A DNA stretch of 25,881 nt from an uncultured virus (IMG/VR IMGVR_UViG_3300027573_000025) (Duplodnaviria > Heunggongvirae > Uroviricota > Caudoviricetes), in the IMG/VR virus record IMGVR_UViG_3300027573_000025. One strand, 5' to 3'. Below are positions 1 to 9,326 of the stretch, piece by piece. The notes below the pieces were generated by a model. It did not search any database, was not told where the DNA came from, and saw nothing but the letters and a program-made list of their open reading frames with translations. The position numbers and the translations under genes are program-made. Position 1 is the stretch's first letter. The number at the start of each line of letters is the position of its first letter.

Positions 1-1228
1 TAGGGCAGTCGTAGGCCGTATGGTAATGCGTCGGCTCGTCATTCTCGACGACGGATTTATTGCGCACGCATGACTCCAAGGCGCCTTGGTCCGGTTGAGT
101 ACCGACAAAGCGCCCGGTGCTTCCAGACCAAGTTCCTACTGTTGAGATTTGCGTCCCCGCGTCGATACAAGCAGAGCTATCCGATAAGCTGAAATTTCCA
201 TTGGCGGGGTCAATCATACAACCCGCCGTGGTCCGGTTTGTGGTGATAGTAACATCCGGGTCGGTGCCGCTAATTGCCGTGCCGCCGACTTGGATTATGT
301 TATTGGCGATGAGACACGCCGAGCCGGTGGCACAACCGCTGATGGTGATGCCGGGGACTGCCGAGGCTTCGTAAATCGTGTTGTGAAGCGCCTCGTTTGC
401 CGTACCGTGCATTGTAATCCCGGTCGTGGTGTAATCTGCAACGATATTGTTGTGAGCGGTGTTTTTGTTGGATTGACTACCAAAATATATCCCATCCCGG
501 TGCGTTGCCCCATGAAAATAGCTGTTGCGAATGACATTATTTGTAGGCAAAACGTAAAACTGTATCCCGTGTCCGTCGTAGTCCGTGCACTCAATATGCT
601 CCATGATTGAGTTGTGCCCTGCCCAATAAAGGCAATGCGCCCCCGGCTGGTGGTCGGCTGTGCTCCAGCGGCTTATCTTCCCCCGGCTGATGCGCCAGCC
701 ATTCGCCGAGCTGCTTGGGCCGATTGCCGCGCCGGTGTCCACCGCTTGCCCTGCTGGTGGTCCAAGGCATTCAAAATCCTCAATGACTATGTTGGTCGTT
801 GCCGCGCTTGAAGTGCCATCAAAACAACTCGTGCCGGTGGTGGCGTTGCTCAAATCCCACTTGAGATACTTAAAGGTAACGTTAGACCGCGCCGAGGTGA
901 AAGCAACTCCCTTGACCGCCGTGCCGGTAGGTTGCAGCACCGGCCAACTTGCCTTGGTTGCCAATTCACCCCTGATCGTGATGCCGCTCGTTGGATTGGT
1001 GATCGTTGCGTTGGTGGTATAGGTGCCCGCCTTGACATAGACCTCGTCGCCGCTTGCCGTAGCGCAGGCAACGGCTCTAGCAAACGATCCGTAATTAGGA
1101 GTCGGGTCTGCGGTGCCGTCAATATCCGTGCAAACAGCGGAGTTACTGCCGCCACTCGACGCCCAATAGCGTGTAGCGTTGGCGTCGGTGGTTATCAGCA
1201 ATGCAAGCAGAGCAAGTAGAAGTCTCAT
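1..1228 (-). CDS. Signal-peptide-bearing right-handed beta-helix (pectin-lyase-like) protein, tailspike/depolymerase-like; 3'-partial (>409 aa)
   Basis: Not in the ORF track because it runs off the window; translated by hand. ATG at 1228 preceded by GAGGTG. Begins MRLLLALLALLITTDANA|TRYW, then GDEVYVKAGTY, Asn-ladder repeats (NNVIRNSYFHG, HNNIVAD, HNTIYE, ANNII) and the motif DPANGNFSLSDSSACIDAG...PDQGALE typical of beta-helix C-terminal caps. No stop down to position 2. Confidence 0.88.
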   Translation of the reverse strand, partial: MRLLLALLALLITTDANATRYWASSGGSNSAVCTDIDGTADPTPNYGSFARAVACATASGDEVYVKAGTYTTNATITNPTSGITIRGELATKASWPVLQPTGTAVKGVAFTSARSNVTFKYLKWDLSNATTGTSCFDGTSSAATTNIVIEDFECLGPPAGQAVDTGAAIGPSSSANGWRISRGKISRWSTADHQPGAHCLYWAGHNSIMEHIECTDYDGHGIQFYVLPTNNVIRNSYFHGATHRDGIYFGSQSNKNTAHNNIVADYTTTGITMHGTANEALHNTIYEASAVPGITISGCATGSACLIANNIIQVGGTAISGTDPDVTITTNRTTAGCMIDPANGNFSLSDSSACIDAGTQISTVGTWSGSTGRFVGTQPDQGALESCVRNKSVVENDEPTHYHTAYDCP

Positions 1229-1240
1229 ATTCACCTCACT

Positions 1241-2221
1241 TTATTGAAAGATAATCGGCGCAATGGGCCGAGCCGTTGAGTACACCGGAGTTTTGATTGC
1301 GTACCACCAGTATTTGACGCCTGCGCTTTGCACGTTGGCGTTTAAGCCTATCGTGAAGCCGGTGGCCGTGAAGCTCTGGATAAAGTCCGTGTTGCACGCC
1401 ACGTTTGTCATAGGACACGCGAAATCGCCAGTCATGGCGGAAGTGCGAAAGATGCCGACTCCGGCGTTGGTGTCGCTCTTGACGATGACGAGATCGGGCT
1501 GAAAGCCCACGGTGATTGCCAGCCCATCTGATGGTGAGCCACCAGCGGTGTATGTGCCCGATGTTGCGTAGCCGCCTACATCCTTGATGGCAAGCGGATA
1601 ATAATCCACCGTGCCGCCCGTGCCGTCGTTGACGCGCACTGTGGTTCCAACCTCGAAGCCGTCGGCGTTGAATGCTTGAATATGATTGGTTACAACGCCT
1701 GCCGCTGTAAACAGCAAAGCCGCATCCCCCGCCATCGCACTTAAACGCCAAGCATTAGAGTCGTCGGCTTCACTAGCGATGATAACCGCGCCGGGTAGAA
1801 ACGCCGGGCTTATGACAATATCCCTGTCATCTACGCTATTGCCGACATAGGTTCCCACCGCCAGATCATTATTGGCGTCGGTACCCCAGGCAACATAAAA
1901 GCAGTTGTCGGTGCCGCTGACATTGGTTGTTGAACTCCCTCCGACTTGGAATGTCCCAGTACCAAGTGACTGAATCTTGTTGGTGGTGATGCCGCCGCCA
2001 CCGCCTAGGTCATCGGCACCGTCGCCCGCAATGGACGACGTTTTCATCGTTGCGTGCGTTGCGCCGTTGCACTTTATGATGATGGCGGATATGGCAAACG
2101 AGGCGGCAGTGGAGATATTTCGGTCGTCGGCTCCGTTGCCGCTAAACATGCCGACCTCGAAGCGAAAGGCATGGACGGGTGTGGCGAGTAACAGCGTTAA
2201 AAGTATGGCGAGTAGTTTCAT
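1241..2221 (-). CDS. Signal-peptide-bearing phage fibre-tip-like protein with ~3 internal beta-repeats (326 aa)
   Basis: Begins MKLLAILLTLLLATPVHA|F. Repeated units (GMFSGNGADDRNIS / GTYVGNSVDDRDIV / GTYTAGGSPSDGLAITVGFQPDLVIVKS; KIQSLGTGTFQVG / HIQAFNADGFEVG / FIQSFTATGFTIG) resemble repeats common in environmental phage tail proteins. Confidence 0.75.
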   Translation of the reverse strand: MKLLAILLTLLLATPVHAFRFEVGMFSGNGADDRNISTAASFAISAIIIKCNGATHATMKTSSIAGDGADDLGGGGGITTNKIQSLGTGTFQVGGSSTTNVSGTDNCFYVAWGTDANNDLAVGTYVGNSVDDRDIVISPAFLPGAVIIASEADDSNAWRLSAMAGDAALLFTAAGVVTNHIQAFNADGFEVGTTVRVNDGTGGTVDYYPLAIKDVGGYATSGTYTAGGSPSDGLAITVGFQPDLVIVKSDTNAGVGIFRTSAMTGDFACPMTNVACNTDFIQSFTATGFTIGLNANVQSAGVKYWWYAIKTPVYSTARPIAPIIFQ

Positions 2222-2224
2222 GGC

Positions 2225-4018
2225 TTAATCCGAAAGTGAAGTCACGGAATATTCCATCGTAAACCCAAGGTGGTGCAGCGTAGCCGCCGCCGTGGTCGGG
2301 TTAGCCGTGGCGTCGTACTGCCAGCGAAACTGTAGCAGGCGCGACGTGCCCGCCGTGCAAGTGCCGTTGGGCGTCACGGCTGCGGAGGTGGTCATGTCGA
2401 TGGCGTTACTGCCAGTCACCGCTGCGTCGTCTATCGCTATCTCGGTCCCCCAAGTGTTGTTGATGGTGGCGGTCGCCAGTCGGCACGATGCCGCTATGTC
2501 GCCAAACATCGAGCCGGTATCGGCGGCTGTCTGGACGTAATGGTGAGTAAAGGTCACTGTGCCGCCATCCCACGACTTTCCCATGACCGCCTCGCCGTAG
2601 ATGGATGAAGCATCGTTCTCTGTGCAGATAATGGTATAGCGCGGAGCACCGCTGTTGATGGTCGCTAAGGCTGGCGACGCGCATTGCGCCGTGTCCGTGG
2701 TCAGCGATGCCGCCGGGAAGTACACGGTCTTGGTCGGCTTATATGCCGTCCCGAATGTATACTTACCGAGTTGCGATGCCGCGTCTGGGTCGATGGTCAG
2801 TATTGCCGCCGCCCCTTCGGTGTCGTAAAAGCCGCAGACTTGGTTAGTCATGCAAGTAAAGTAACGGTCTGCCGCGACGCTCGGCTCTATCACCATCTGG
2901 TTTGCGTCGGTAACGTAGACATTGATATAGACGGTGCCATTGCCGAATTGGCAGGGGTCGGCTTCGGTGCATTTGGTGGTTGCATTGCCGTTAGTCATTA
3001 CGCTTTCGAGGGTCTGCGATGAGCCGCTTACCCCTGAGAGTGCCAAGTCCCATGAACCACCACCGGCATTCCATACGCAACGGTTACGATATGTCCCGCC
3101 GCCAGTTTCACAGTCGGTTGTTGCCAGCGCGTCGGTAACGGTGACTTCTTGTCCGTCGACAGGCGTAGCGGGTAGCGTTGCCACGGTGACAAGCGGGGGT
3201 ATCCAGCCCGCCGCCGCTAGTGCGCTTGACGTGGTAGCCGTCGCCGCATTGCCGCTTACGTTGCCGGTCACGTTGCCGGTCAGCGCCGCCGTAATGGTGC
3301 CTGCAGCAAAGTTGCCGCTGGCATCCCTGGCGACAAGCTGGCTTGCTGTGTTGGTGGTGGTGGCGCCATGAGCGCCGGTGCCGGTAAGCGCACTATGCGT
3401 ATTCATTTCCACCTGAGTCGTTACATCGAAGCATCCCTCGACAGCGCCCGCGGCGTCCACACCGAGGGGAGCATTGCCGGCGCTACAGTTAACGCCATTA
3501 GCCGCCAATGCCGGCACTGTGGTAATGGCTTGCCAGCTATTGTCACCGCGTAGGTAATTGGTGGCGTCCGGTGTGCCCGAGCCTAGCCGTGCTGCCGCTG
3601 CGGTGCCGGTGGTAAGTTGTGAAGCGTTTAACGCAGTCAGCCCGGCGCCGCTGCCCGTTGGCGCCACATAGTCTGTGCCTGCTGCTGCGATGGACTGGAC
3701 GCCGGTGCCGGTCTGGTTCTTGACGATGCCGGTGGCAAGTACGCTCATGGCTTGCTCATTGTCCAGCCCGGCATCGGGGGTCTGAGTAATGTAAGTCGCC
3801 GTTGTTGGTGATCCTGAGCCGCTGGTATCTACGTCCACCCATGCCGCCGAGCGGTAAATGTAAAGGTGCCCCGAGGTGCGCCCGCTTACCGTGGTGGTCT
3901 GAGTGCAGACATCGCCTTCCTCTGGTCCTACCACCGTGCCGCAGTCGGTGCGCGTGTAGTAGGTGGCAAAGGCCGGTGAGGCGATAAGTAAACAGAGAAA
4001 GATTAAGAGTTTCTTCAT
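2225..4018 (-). CDS. Signal-peptide-bearing tail-fibre-like protein (597 aa)
   Basis: Begins MKKLLIFLCLLIASPAFA|T. Thr/Ala/Gly-rich, with fibre-shaft motifs ARLGSGTPDATNYLRGDNSW and NTASQLVARDASGNFAAGTITAALTGNVTGNVSGNAATAT. ATGA-coupled to the gp16-like gene, at the usual tail-fibre position. Confidence 0.8.
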   Translation of the reverse strand: MKKLLIFLCLLIASPAFATYYTRTDCGTVVGPEEGDVCTQTTTVSGRTSGHLYIYRSAAWVDVDTSGSGSPTTATYITQTPDAGLDNEQAMSVLATGIVKNQTGTGVQSIAAAGTDYVAPTGSGAGLTALNASQLTTGTAAAARLGSGTPDATNYLRGDNSWQAITTVPALAANGVNCSAGNAPLGVDAAGAVEGCFDVTTQVEMNTHSALTGTGAHGATTTNTASQLVARDASGNFAAGTITAALTGNVTGNVSGNAATATTSSALAAAGWIPPLVTVATLPATPVDGQEVTVTDALATTDCETGGGTYRNRCVWNAGGGSWDLALSGVSGSSQTLESVMTNGNATTKCTEADPCQFGNGTVYINVYVTDANQMVIEPSVAADRYFTCMTNQVCGFYDTEGAAAILTIDPDAASQLGKYTFGTAYKPTKTVYFPAASLTTDTAQCASPALATINSGAPRYTIICTENDASSIYGEAVMGKSWDGGTVTFTHHYVQTAADTGSMFGDIAASCRLATATINNTWGTEIAIDDAAVTGSNAIDMTTSAAVTPNGTCTAGTSRLLQFRWQYDATANPTTAAATLHHLGFTMEYSVTSLSD

Positions 4019-7000
4019 TGTGGTGCCTCCGGAGCACTCTTTGCTGGTTCATTGGCAAACTTCCGCAACGTCAACTCCTCGTCGCGCCCCAAGCCAGAAT
4101 CGTAAATCCCATACTTCATGAGATTCTCGCGTTGTTGCGGCAATAGAGAATCCAAAAGCCCTATGGAGCCAGTCACGTCAGCCTCGACTACGGCGCGTTG
4201 TTCAGGTTGCAACATCGGCAAGTATTTACCCGCACTTGACATAGCTACCTTCTTTGCTAATTCAACATTTTCGACCAGTAAAGCATTCTTTGCCAATGTC
4301 CTACTCTTTGCCAAGTAATTCATAAATGCTTCGCGCTTGAACGCTTCGGTGCCGTCTTTGTATTCGGGCCTGTCAAGTAATTGTTTCTGAATCCCGCCAT
4401 TCACGTCGCGTACCAGATTGCGATAAATCACAATCCAGCGGTCGCGCTGTTCTGGCGTCAACTCCACTGGCACAGCTTCGCCCGGCAATGCAGTTCTCAA
4501 GTCGAAGTCATCGCGCACATTGCCGCCGCCGGTCGACCACGGAAACGCCGGCATTTTGATTTGCAGCCTGTCGCCTTCGAGTTTAATCGGGTCTGTCTCC
4601 CCAGGCTTTAGGACAAACGGATTGCCGATATTGTTAAGTCCAGCCAGGAAGTCGCCGCCGATTGCCATATTCTTTCTAAGCCACTCCGAGCCTACCGCTT
4701 GCGGCACCAGTATGGGATCGCCGTAGCCGTCGCGCAGATAAGGCATCTGTTTGGAATAGCCGAACACCCTGGCGAATGGCCCCTTGCGAATGCCGTCGAT
4801 AAAGCTACGCGATTCGCGCCGCACCGGGTCAAGTTCGCGCTCAATTGCCAGCCCTAATGGCCCACCAGTAGCAATGGCAGTAAAAGGTGAAGCGAGCAAT
4901 TCAGCGCCGATTCGACTGATAGACTCACCACTGCGCCAAGTGCCAATGAGTTCCGAAATCTTACCGGCATTCTGCCACCATGTATTAGAGAGAACATCGC
5001 GGGATACCACCAGACTTATAGCCGTGGCTGTCTGTTCCAGCGTCATGTCATCAAGCTGATTGGCAATCTCCGCGAAGTCTGCGTACATCTCTAGCGGCGT
5101 TGTGCCAGGCTCCGCTGTGTTAGCGAAAGAGTATTGAGTACCATCGGCAGAATGAAAACTATATGGTTGCTTGGCTGCTAAGTATGAACGCCGCATCTGC
5201 GGGTCGGTTGGCCCGCCGCCTGTACCTAGTCCGGTCTGAAATAGCGGGAAAAAGAATTGTCCAAACATATTCGCCAAGGTGAGCCGCGCAACCGCCATGT
5301 CAGCCCGTGTGCCACCGGCTAGAATGTCCTCGTACAGACTACGGCTTGCCATCTGTAGCCCAGGTGTGCGGTTCCAGCCCCATTTGACCAAGTTCATGCC
5401 GCTTTTAACAAACGGGAAATAAGCCGCAAGCGGCCCCCACTGCAATAATCTCTGCGCTGCTTTACCGAATGTTCCTAACTCATTCTGAAAAGTTGCATGA
5501 TTGGCAATGTCAATGGCGCGTTCTTGGTTCTCCAAGGTCGGCATGATACGCCTGCGCGTAACGTAGTCGATATACTGTTTAGACCCTGGCTTGTAACCAA
5601 GGTGCGCCGCATCACGAAACGCCGATGCCCACACCTCACCGTTGTATGCTAGCGCCTTACCGAAGGCGTCCAAGCCACGGACGTTATCAGAGCCGAAGTT
5701 GATTGCTCTGCCGAATGCGCCGCCTATCTGGTGAATCGGGAAATCCAAGCGCCCTTGTGCCTGTGAATTGACTTTGAAAGCGTCGAGATAAGCCTTGGAT
5801 GCTTCAGCCATCGCCATACGATGGCCCATCATAAAGGCAAAGCCTTCGCCTTGCACAAGCCCCTTCTTGTCACTGAGCGTAAAGAATCCACCGACTTCTT
5901 TTTCAAGCACGTTTGCCACCGACCACATACTGTTGCCGATAGCTTGGCGCGTCCAAGTCACCGGACGAAGTAGCAATAGCCCGGAGAATCCTTCTCTAAA
6001 TTTCTGCCATCCGGTCGCGCCTGCTTTCACGGCATCGGCGCCGATTACTTGCAGAGTTTCCAGCTTGCCCGGCTCATTAGCTAAAGCCATAACATCTTCA
6101 GCCATTGTCTGTGCGGCTGCGGTTCTGTCCATCTTCGCCATTGCTTCAGAATCCCAATGACGGAGCATTTCATTGATAGCTTTATTTGCCGGCGCCTGGT
6201 CGAAGTATTTCACCACACGCCCGCCCGTGACGTTGGTAGTGCGCATTTGAGTTGTCAAACTGAACATGTCGAGGGTATCGGTCAGAAACTTATCGACCGT
6301 TTCCGGCTTGGTAGGGTCGAACGCTTTTGTAGTGGCAACCCATTGGCCTACCGGCGTTGCCGCTTTGTTAGCAGTCCCGAGGGCTTGCAAATAAGCCACT
6401 ACATCGTCATCGTTTATGCGTTTACCAGGGAATAATGCGCGAATGTCATCCGGCGTAAGCCCTAACTTCTCGGCTTCCTTTGTCGCCATGGCAAAGGATT
6501 TCGTTTCCGTTATGCCTTCGAGTTTCTTCTTGATTGCGTTGAACTCATCCCAAAATGTCTTGGGAATGTCCGATGCTGGCGGGAGTTTCAACGCATCGGT
6601 GGACACGCCCGGCAATGCCACACCGTCAGCCGCGAGTCCCTGCTTGATTGCATCGTCGGCTAGTTTCTCGGCTTGCGCTAACTTCGCTGCTTCATCGGCT
6701 GCCGCCGCCGCTGCTTTAGCCGCCGTCTTAGCTTCCTTTGCCGCGCCTATGGCTTGTACGCCTTTAGCAAACGACTTCGCCATAGTGCCGACTGGAACGA
6801 AGCCGCTGCCTACATCGGTTGCAATGCCTATCACGGTTGCTAGTCCCTGCGGCGCCCCGGCATCAAGCGCCCAATGCTTTGCTACCGCCCCGTTTACTTC
6901 GCCGAATGCTGTCAGCGGCGCCAACATCAATTGAATCTCACGCCACATTAAACGAAACGGTAAAGCCAGATTCTTGCCAACGCTTTTCTCGGGATCGTGC

Positions 7001-7224
7001 TTGCTGGCAAGGTCGACAAACTCGTTCCAGTTTTCAGTGACATGCTTGATGGTTTGCGTGAAATAGGTTTTCAACATGCCCTGCTCGCCAATGAGTTCGT
7101 CAAGATTCATGGCGGCAAGCCGGCGCATCTTATCGTTACGTTCGCCCACGGTAATGTACTTCTGCCGATAGGCGTCGTTGATGTCCTCTGGCGTAGGACG
7201 GTCCTGCTTTTGTAATTGTGGCAT
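4015..7224 (-). CDS. Large internal virion/ejection protein (T7 gp16-like position; 1069 aa)
   Basis: Large, predominantly helical, Cys-free protein. Motifs HATFQNELG...YFPFVKSGMNLVKWGWNRTPG and LRDGYGDPI resemble podovirus large ejection proteins. Last of three ejection-type genes. Confidence 0.72.
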   Translation of the reverse strand: MPQLQKQDRPTPEDINDAYRQKYITVGERNDKMRRLAAMNLDELIGEQGMLKTYFTQTIKHVTENWNEFVDLASKHDPEKSVGKNLALPFRLMWREIQLMLAPLTAFGEVNGAVAKHWALDAGAPQGLATVIGIATDVGSGFVPVGTMAKSFAKGVQAIGAAKEAKTAAKAAAAAADEAAKLAQAEKLADDAIKQGLAADGVALPGVSTDALKLPPASDIPKTFWDEFNAIKKKLEGITETKSFAMATKEAEKLGLTPDDIRALFPGKRINDDDVVAYLQALGTANKAATPVGQWVATTKAFDPTKPETVDKFLTDTLDMFSLTTQMRTTNVTGGRVVKYFDQAPANKAINEMLRHWDSEAMAKMDRTAAAQTMAEDVMALANEPGKLETLQVIGADAVKAGATGWQKFREGFSGLLLLRPVTWTRQAIGNSMWSVANVLEKEVGGFFTLSDKKGLVQGEGFAFMMGHRMAMAEASKAYLDAFKVNSQAQGRLDFPIHQIGGAFGRAINFGSDNVRGLDAFGKALAYNGEVWASAFRDAAHLGYKPGSKQYIDYVTRRRIMPTLENQERAIDIANHATFQNELGTFGKAAQRLLQWGPLAAYFPFVKSGMNLVKWGWNRTPGLQMASRSLYEDILAGGTRADMAVARLTLANMFGQFFFPLFQTGLGTGGGPTDPQMRRSYLAAKQPYSFHSADGTQYSFANTAEPGTTPLEMYADFAEIANQLDDMTLEQTATAISLVVSRDVLSNTWWQNAGKISELIGTWRSGESISRIGAELLASPFTAIATGGPLGLAIERELDPVRRESRSFIDGIRKGPFARVFGYSKQMPYLRDGYGDPILVPQAVGSEWLRKNMAIGGDFLAGLNNIGNPFVLKPGETDPIKLEGDRLQIKMPAFPWSTGGGNVRDDFDLRTALPGEAVPVELTPEQRDRWIVIYRNLVRDVNGGIQKQLLDRPEYKDGTEAFKREAFMNYLAKSRTLAKNALLVENVELAKKVAMSSAGKYLPMLQPEQRAVVEADVTGSIGLLDSLLPQQRENLMKYGIYDSGLGRDEELTLRKFANEPAKSAPEAPQ

Positions 7225-8609
7225 TAGAAGTCTTTCACCTTCTTCATCTTGTCAGGCGTTGACTGAGCCTTTTCGGTAATGCCCCTCTTGAATGTCTCAA
7301 GTTTCTTTTCCGCCGCCTGTTTGCCATCCTTGCGGTAAATCGACTCAATCTGAGCCTTCTCATGGACTGCCATGTTTCCCATTATCGAATTGACTATCGG
7401 GTTACTCTGCACCCAAGCGTCGTACTCGGTCTTGAGGTGAGAGATTTGTCTGTTGTCGGCGGCTATTGCGTTGGCTTGACGTGCAATACCTTGGTTCTCC
7501 AATGTGGTCCTATCGCTCTGTAATTCATCCTTGTACTTGAGAATCCATTTGTTAGGCGCACCGAGTTCCTTGGAGAGTCTATTCAGCTTTGCCAGTGCTC
7601 TATCAAGTGCCGTAAAGTTACGCCCGCCCGCGGTGTACTCATCCCATATGGCATCTGCCGCCGCGAGTCTGCCGCTGTCGCCGCTTCCTTCGTTGACTTC
7701 CTTGAGTGTTCTCGCTTCGGATGGACGGACCAGCGGGTTATTGCCAGCCAGCGCATCATTGAGCCATACCGGGTCGAGTTTGCTGAAGTTAGCCGCCGAA
7801 TAAGCTGCGTCGTACACCAGCTTCTTATTCTTGTTGGTAATGCTGTCGGTGCGGGATTCCTCTTTTTGAATCTCGGTTCTCGCCTTGCTTTCAATTTCAA
7901 GTATGCGTGCGTTGCCTAATGGCGCCAGCCGATTCTTGATTCTGTCATCGGTGAATATTCCTTGAGGGTTTCCCCGCGTTACCAGCGTTGCATATTCTTC
8001 CAATGCCTGAACATTGAACTTCGTCATTTCCTGTTCAGCTTGCTTCGGGCTTAATGTCGGCGGTACTGGTCTGCCGGCAACCATCGTCGGTGTTGACGCG
8101 GTATTGATGGTTGCTTGGAATATCCGCCGCGCCGCGTCTTGTTCCATCGGGTCGTCTGTTTCGGCAACACGCCGGGATAACATAGTGCGCAGGGTTTCAA
8201 TGTCGGCCACTTGTTTTCCATGCGCGGCTTGTACTTGAAGCCCGGAAACACGCCTGACGTTCTCGCCGAAGCGCCGGTCAGCGTGAAGATTGAATACGTC
8301 TTGAGTATCTTTATCGGTGTAACGCGCCCCTAAAGTCTGACGGATGTCCTTGTCTTTTTGAATTATCTCATCCCGCCAGGTATTAAGGTCGGCATTTGCC
8401 GGTAGTGCGTTGATGGCATCGTCCATCAAAATGTCGTACTCACTTGACGCCTTGGCGGCATCAATGGGCTTCTGCCGCGCCAACGCGGTATCGGCAAGTT
8501 GCGCAATGGTATGAAACACCCCCGCCCCAAAGTCCTGCGGCGTAGTCCTAGCCAATGGCCCGGAGAACGGGATATTAGGAGAGGCAAACAGCCTCGGCAA
8601 ATCAGCCAT
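7224..8609 (-). CDS. Internal virion/ejection protein (T7 gp15-like position; 461 aa)
   Basis: Helical, charged, Cys-free; N-terminus MADLPRLF...TTPQDFGAG; synteny directly before the large ejection protein (TAATG coupling). Confidence 0.62.
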   Translation of the reverse strand: MADLPRLFASPNIPFSGPLARTTPQDFGAGVFHTIAQLADTALARQKPIDAAKASSEYDILMDDAINALPANADLNTWRDEIIQKDKDIRQTLGARYTDKDTQDVFNLHADRRFGENVRRVSGLQVQAAHGKQVADIETLRTMLSRRVAETDDPMEQDAARRIFQATINTASTPTMVAGRPVPPTLSPKQAEQEMTKFNVQALEEYATLVTRGNPQGIFTDDRIKNRLAPLGNARILEIESKARTEIQKEESRTDSITNKNKKLVYDAAYSAANFSKLDPVWLNDALAGNNPLVRPSEARTLKEVNEGSGDSGRLAAADAIWDEYTAGGRNFTALDRALAKLNRLSKELGAPNKWILKYKDELQSDRTTLENQGIARQANAIAADNRQISHLKTEYDAWVQSNPIVNSIMGNMAVHEKAQIESIYRKDGKQAAEKKLETFKRGITEKAQSTPDKMKKVKDF

Positions 8610-9326
8610 TTAGATTGCAACCTCAAATGTCAGAGTACCGCCAGCCGCCGGCGCCTCATCAGTCAAGCCCACGGTGATGTCATTAGCCGTTTGACTGACC
8701 ACCTTAAACGCCGTGTGAAACGTCGAGCTAAAACCGATAATCTTGGCGTTACTGTCGTTGAGTCCATGCGTCACCACCGCCGAGATATCAGCCGGCGCCA
8801 AGACTACATCGACAACGGTATGAGTAATTGCTAAGGCTGAGGCCAGGACATTTGTGACCATATCCTCATCGGTATTCCAGCGCAGTATCTGCCCGGCTGC
8901 GGGGTCGGAAACGGTAATGTCGATACTCGTTGACGTGGTAGGGAAGTGGAGCGCCTTACGCGCCAGATAGGTCAATTCCTGGGCAAACATGGTAAGCCGG
9001 TCAAAGACTTCCTCGAATACCGATGATGGTATCGGCGCCCCTTCTTCAAGGTGGACAAGCTGAGTAAGCGCGGTCTGCCGGGTGAGAAACAACTCGGTGC
9101 CGCTTGCCAAGGCTGTAGCCAGGACTATCTGCCCACCGGCGCTGTTATTCACATACGCCGCGGCGATGGTGTAGTCAGTATCGAGTACCAACGTGGTCGG
9201 TGTCCCGCCGATAACTAATGTTTCAACCAGCATGTCGGCTTTCCTGAGTATGCGAAACGTGAAAGCGTAGTTGGTCAGTAAGCCGGTGCCGGTGTAGTGG
9301 TCTGGTGTGAAAGCAGACTGGATCAT
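8610..9326 (-). CDS. Short tail-fibre adaptor protein with T7 gp17-like N-terminal attachment domain (238 aa)
   Basis: Start reassigned to ATG 9326 (ATGA overlap with upstream stop). YTGTGLLTNYAFTFRIL...LVLDTDYTI...LTRQTALTQ...FEEVFDRLTMFAQEL matches the T7-type tail-fibre N-terminal domain pattern. Confidence 0.82.
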   Translation of the reverse strand: MIQSAFTPDHYTGTGLLTNYAFTFRILRKADMLVETLVIGGTPTTLVLDTDYTIAAAYVNNSAGGQIVLATALASGTELFLTRQTALTQLVHLEEGAPIPSSVFEEVFDRLTMFAQELTYLARKALHFPTTSTSIDITVSDPAAGQILRWNTDEDMVTNVLASALAITHTVVDVVLAPADISAVVTHGLNDSNAKIIGFSSTFHTAFKVVSQTANDITVGLTDEAPAAGGTLTFEVAI

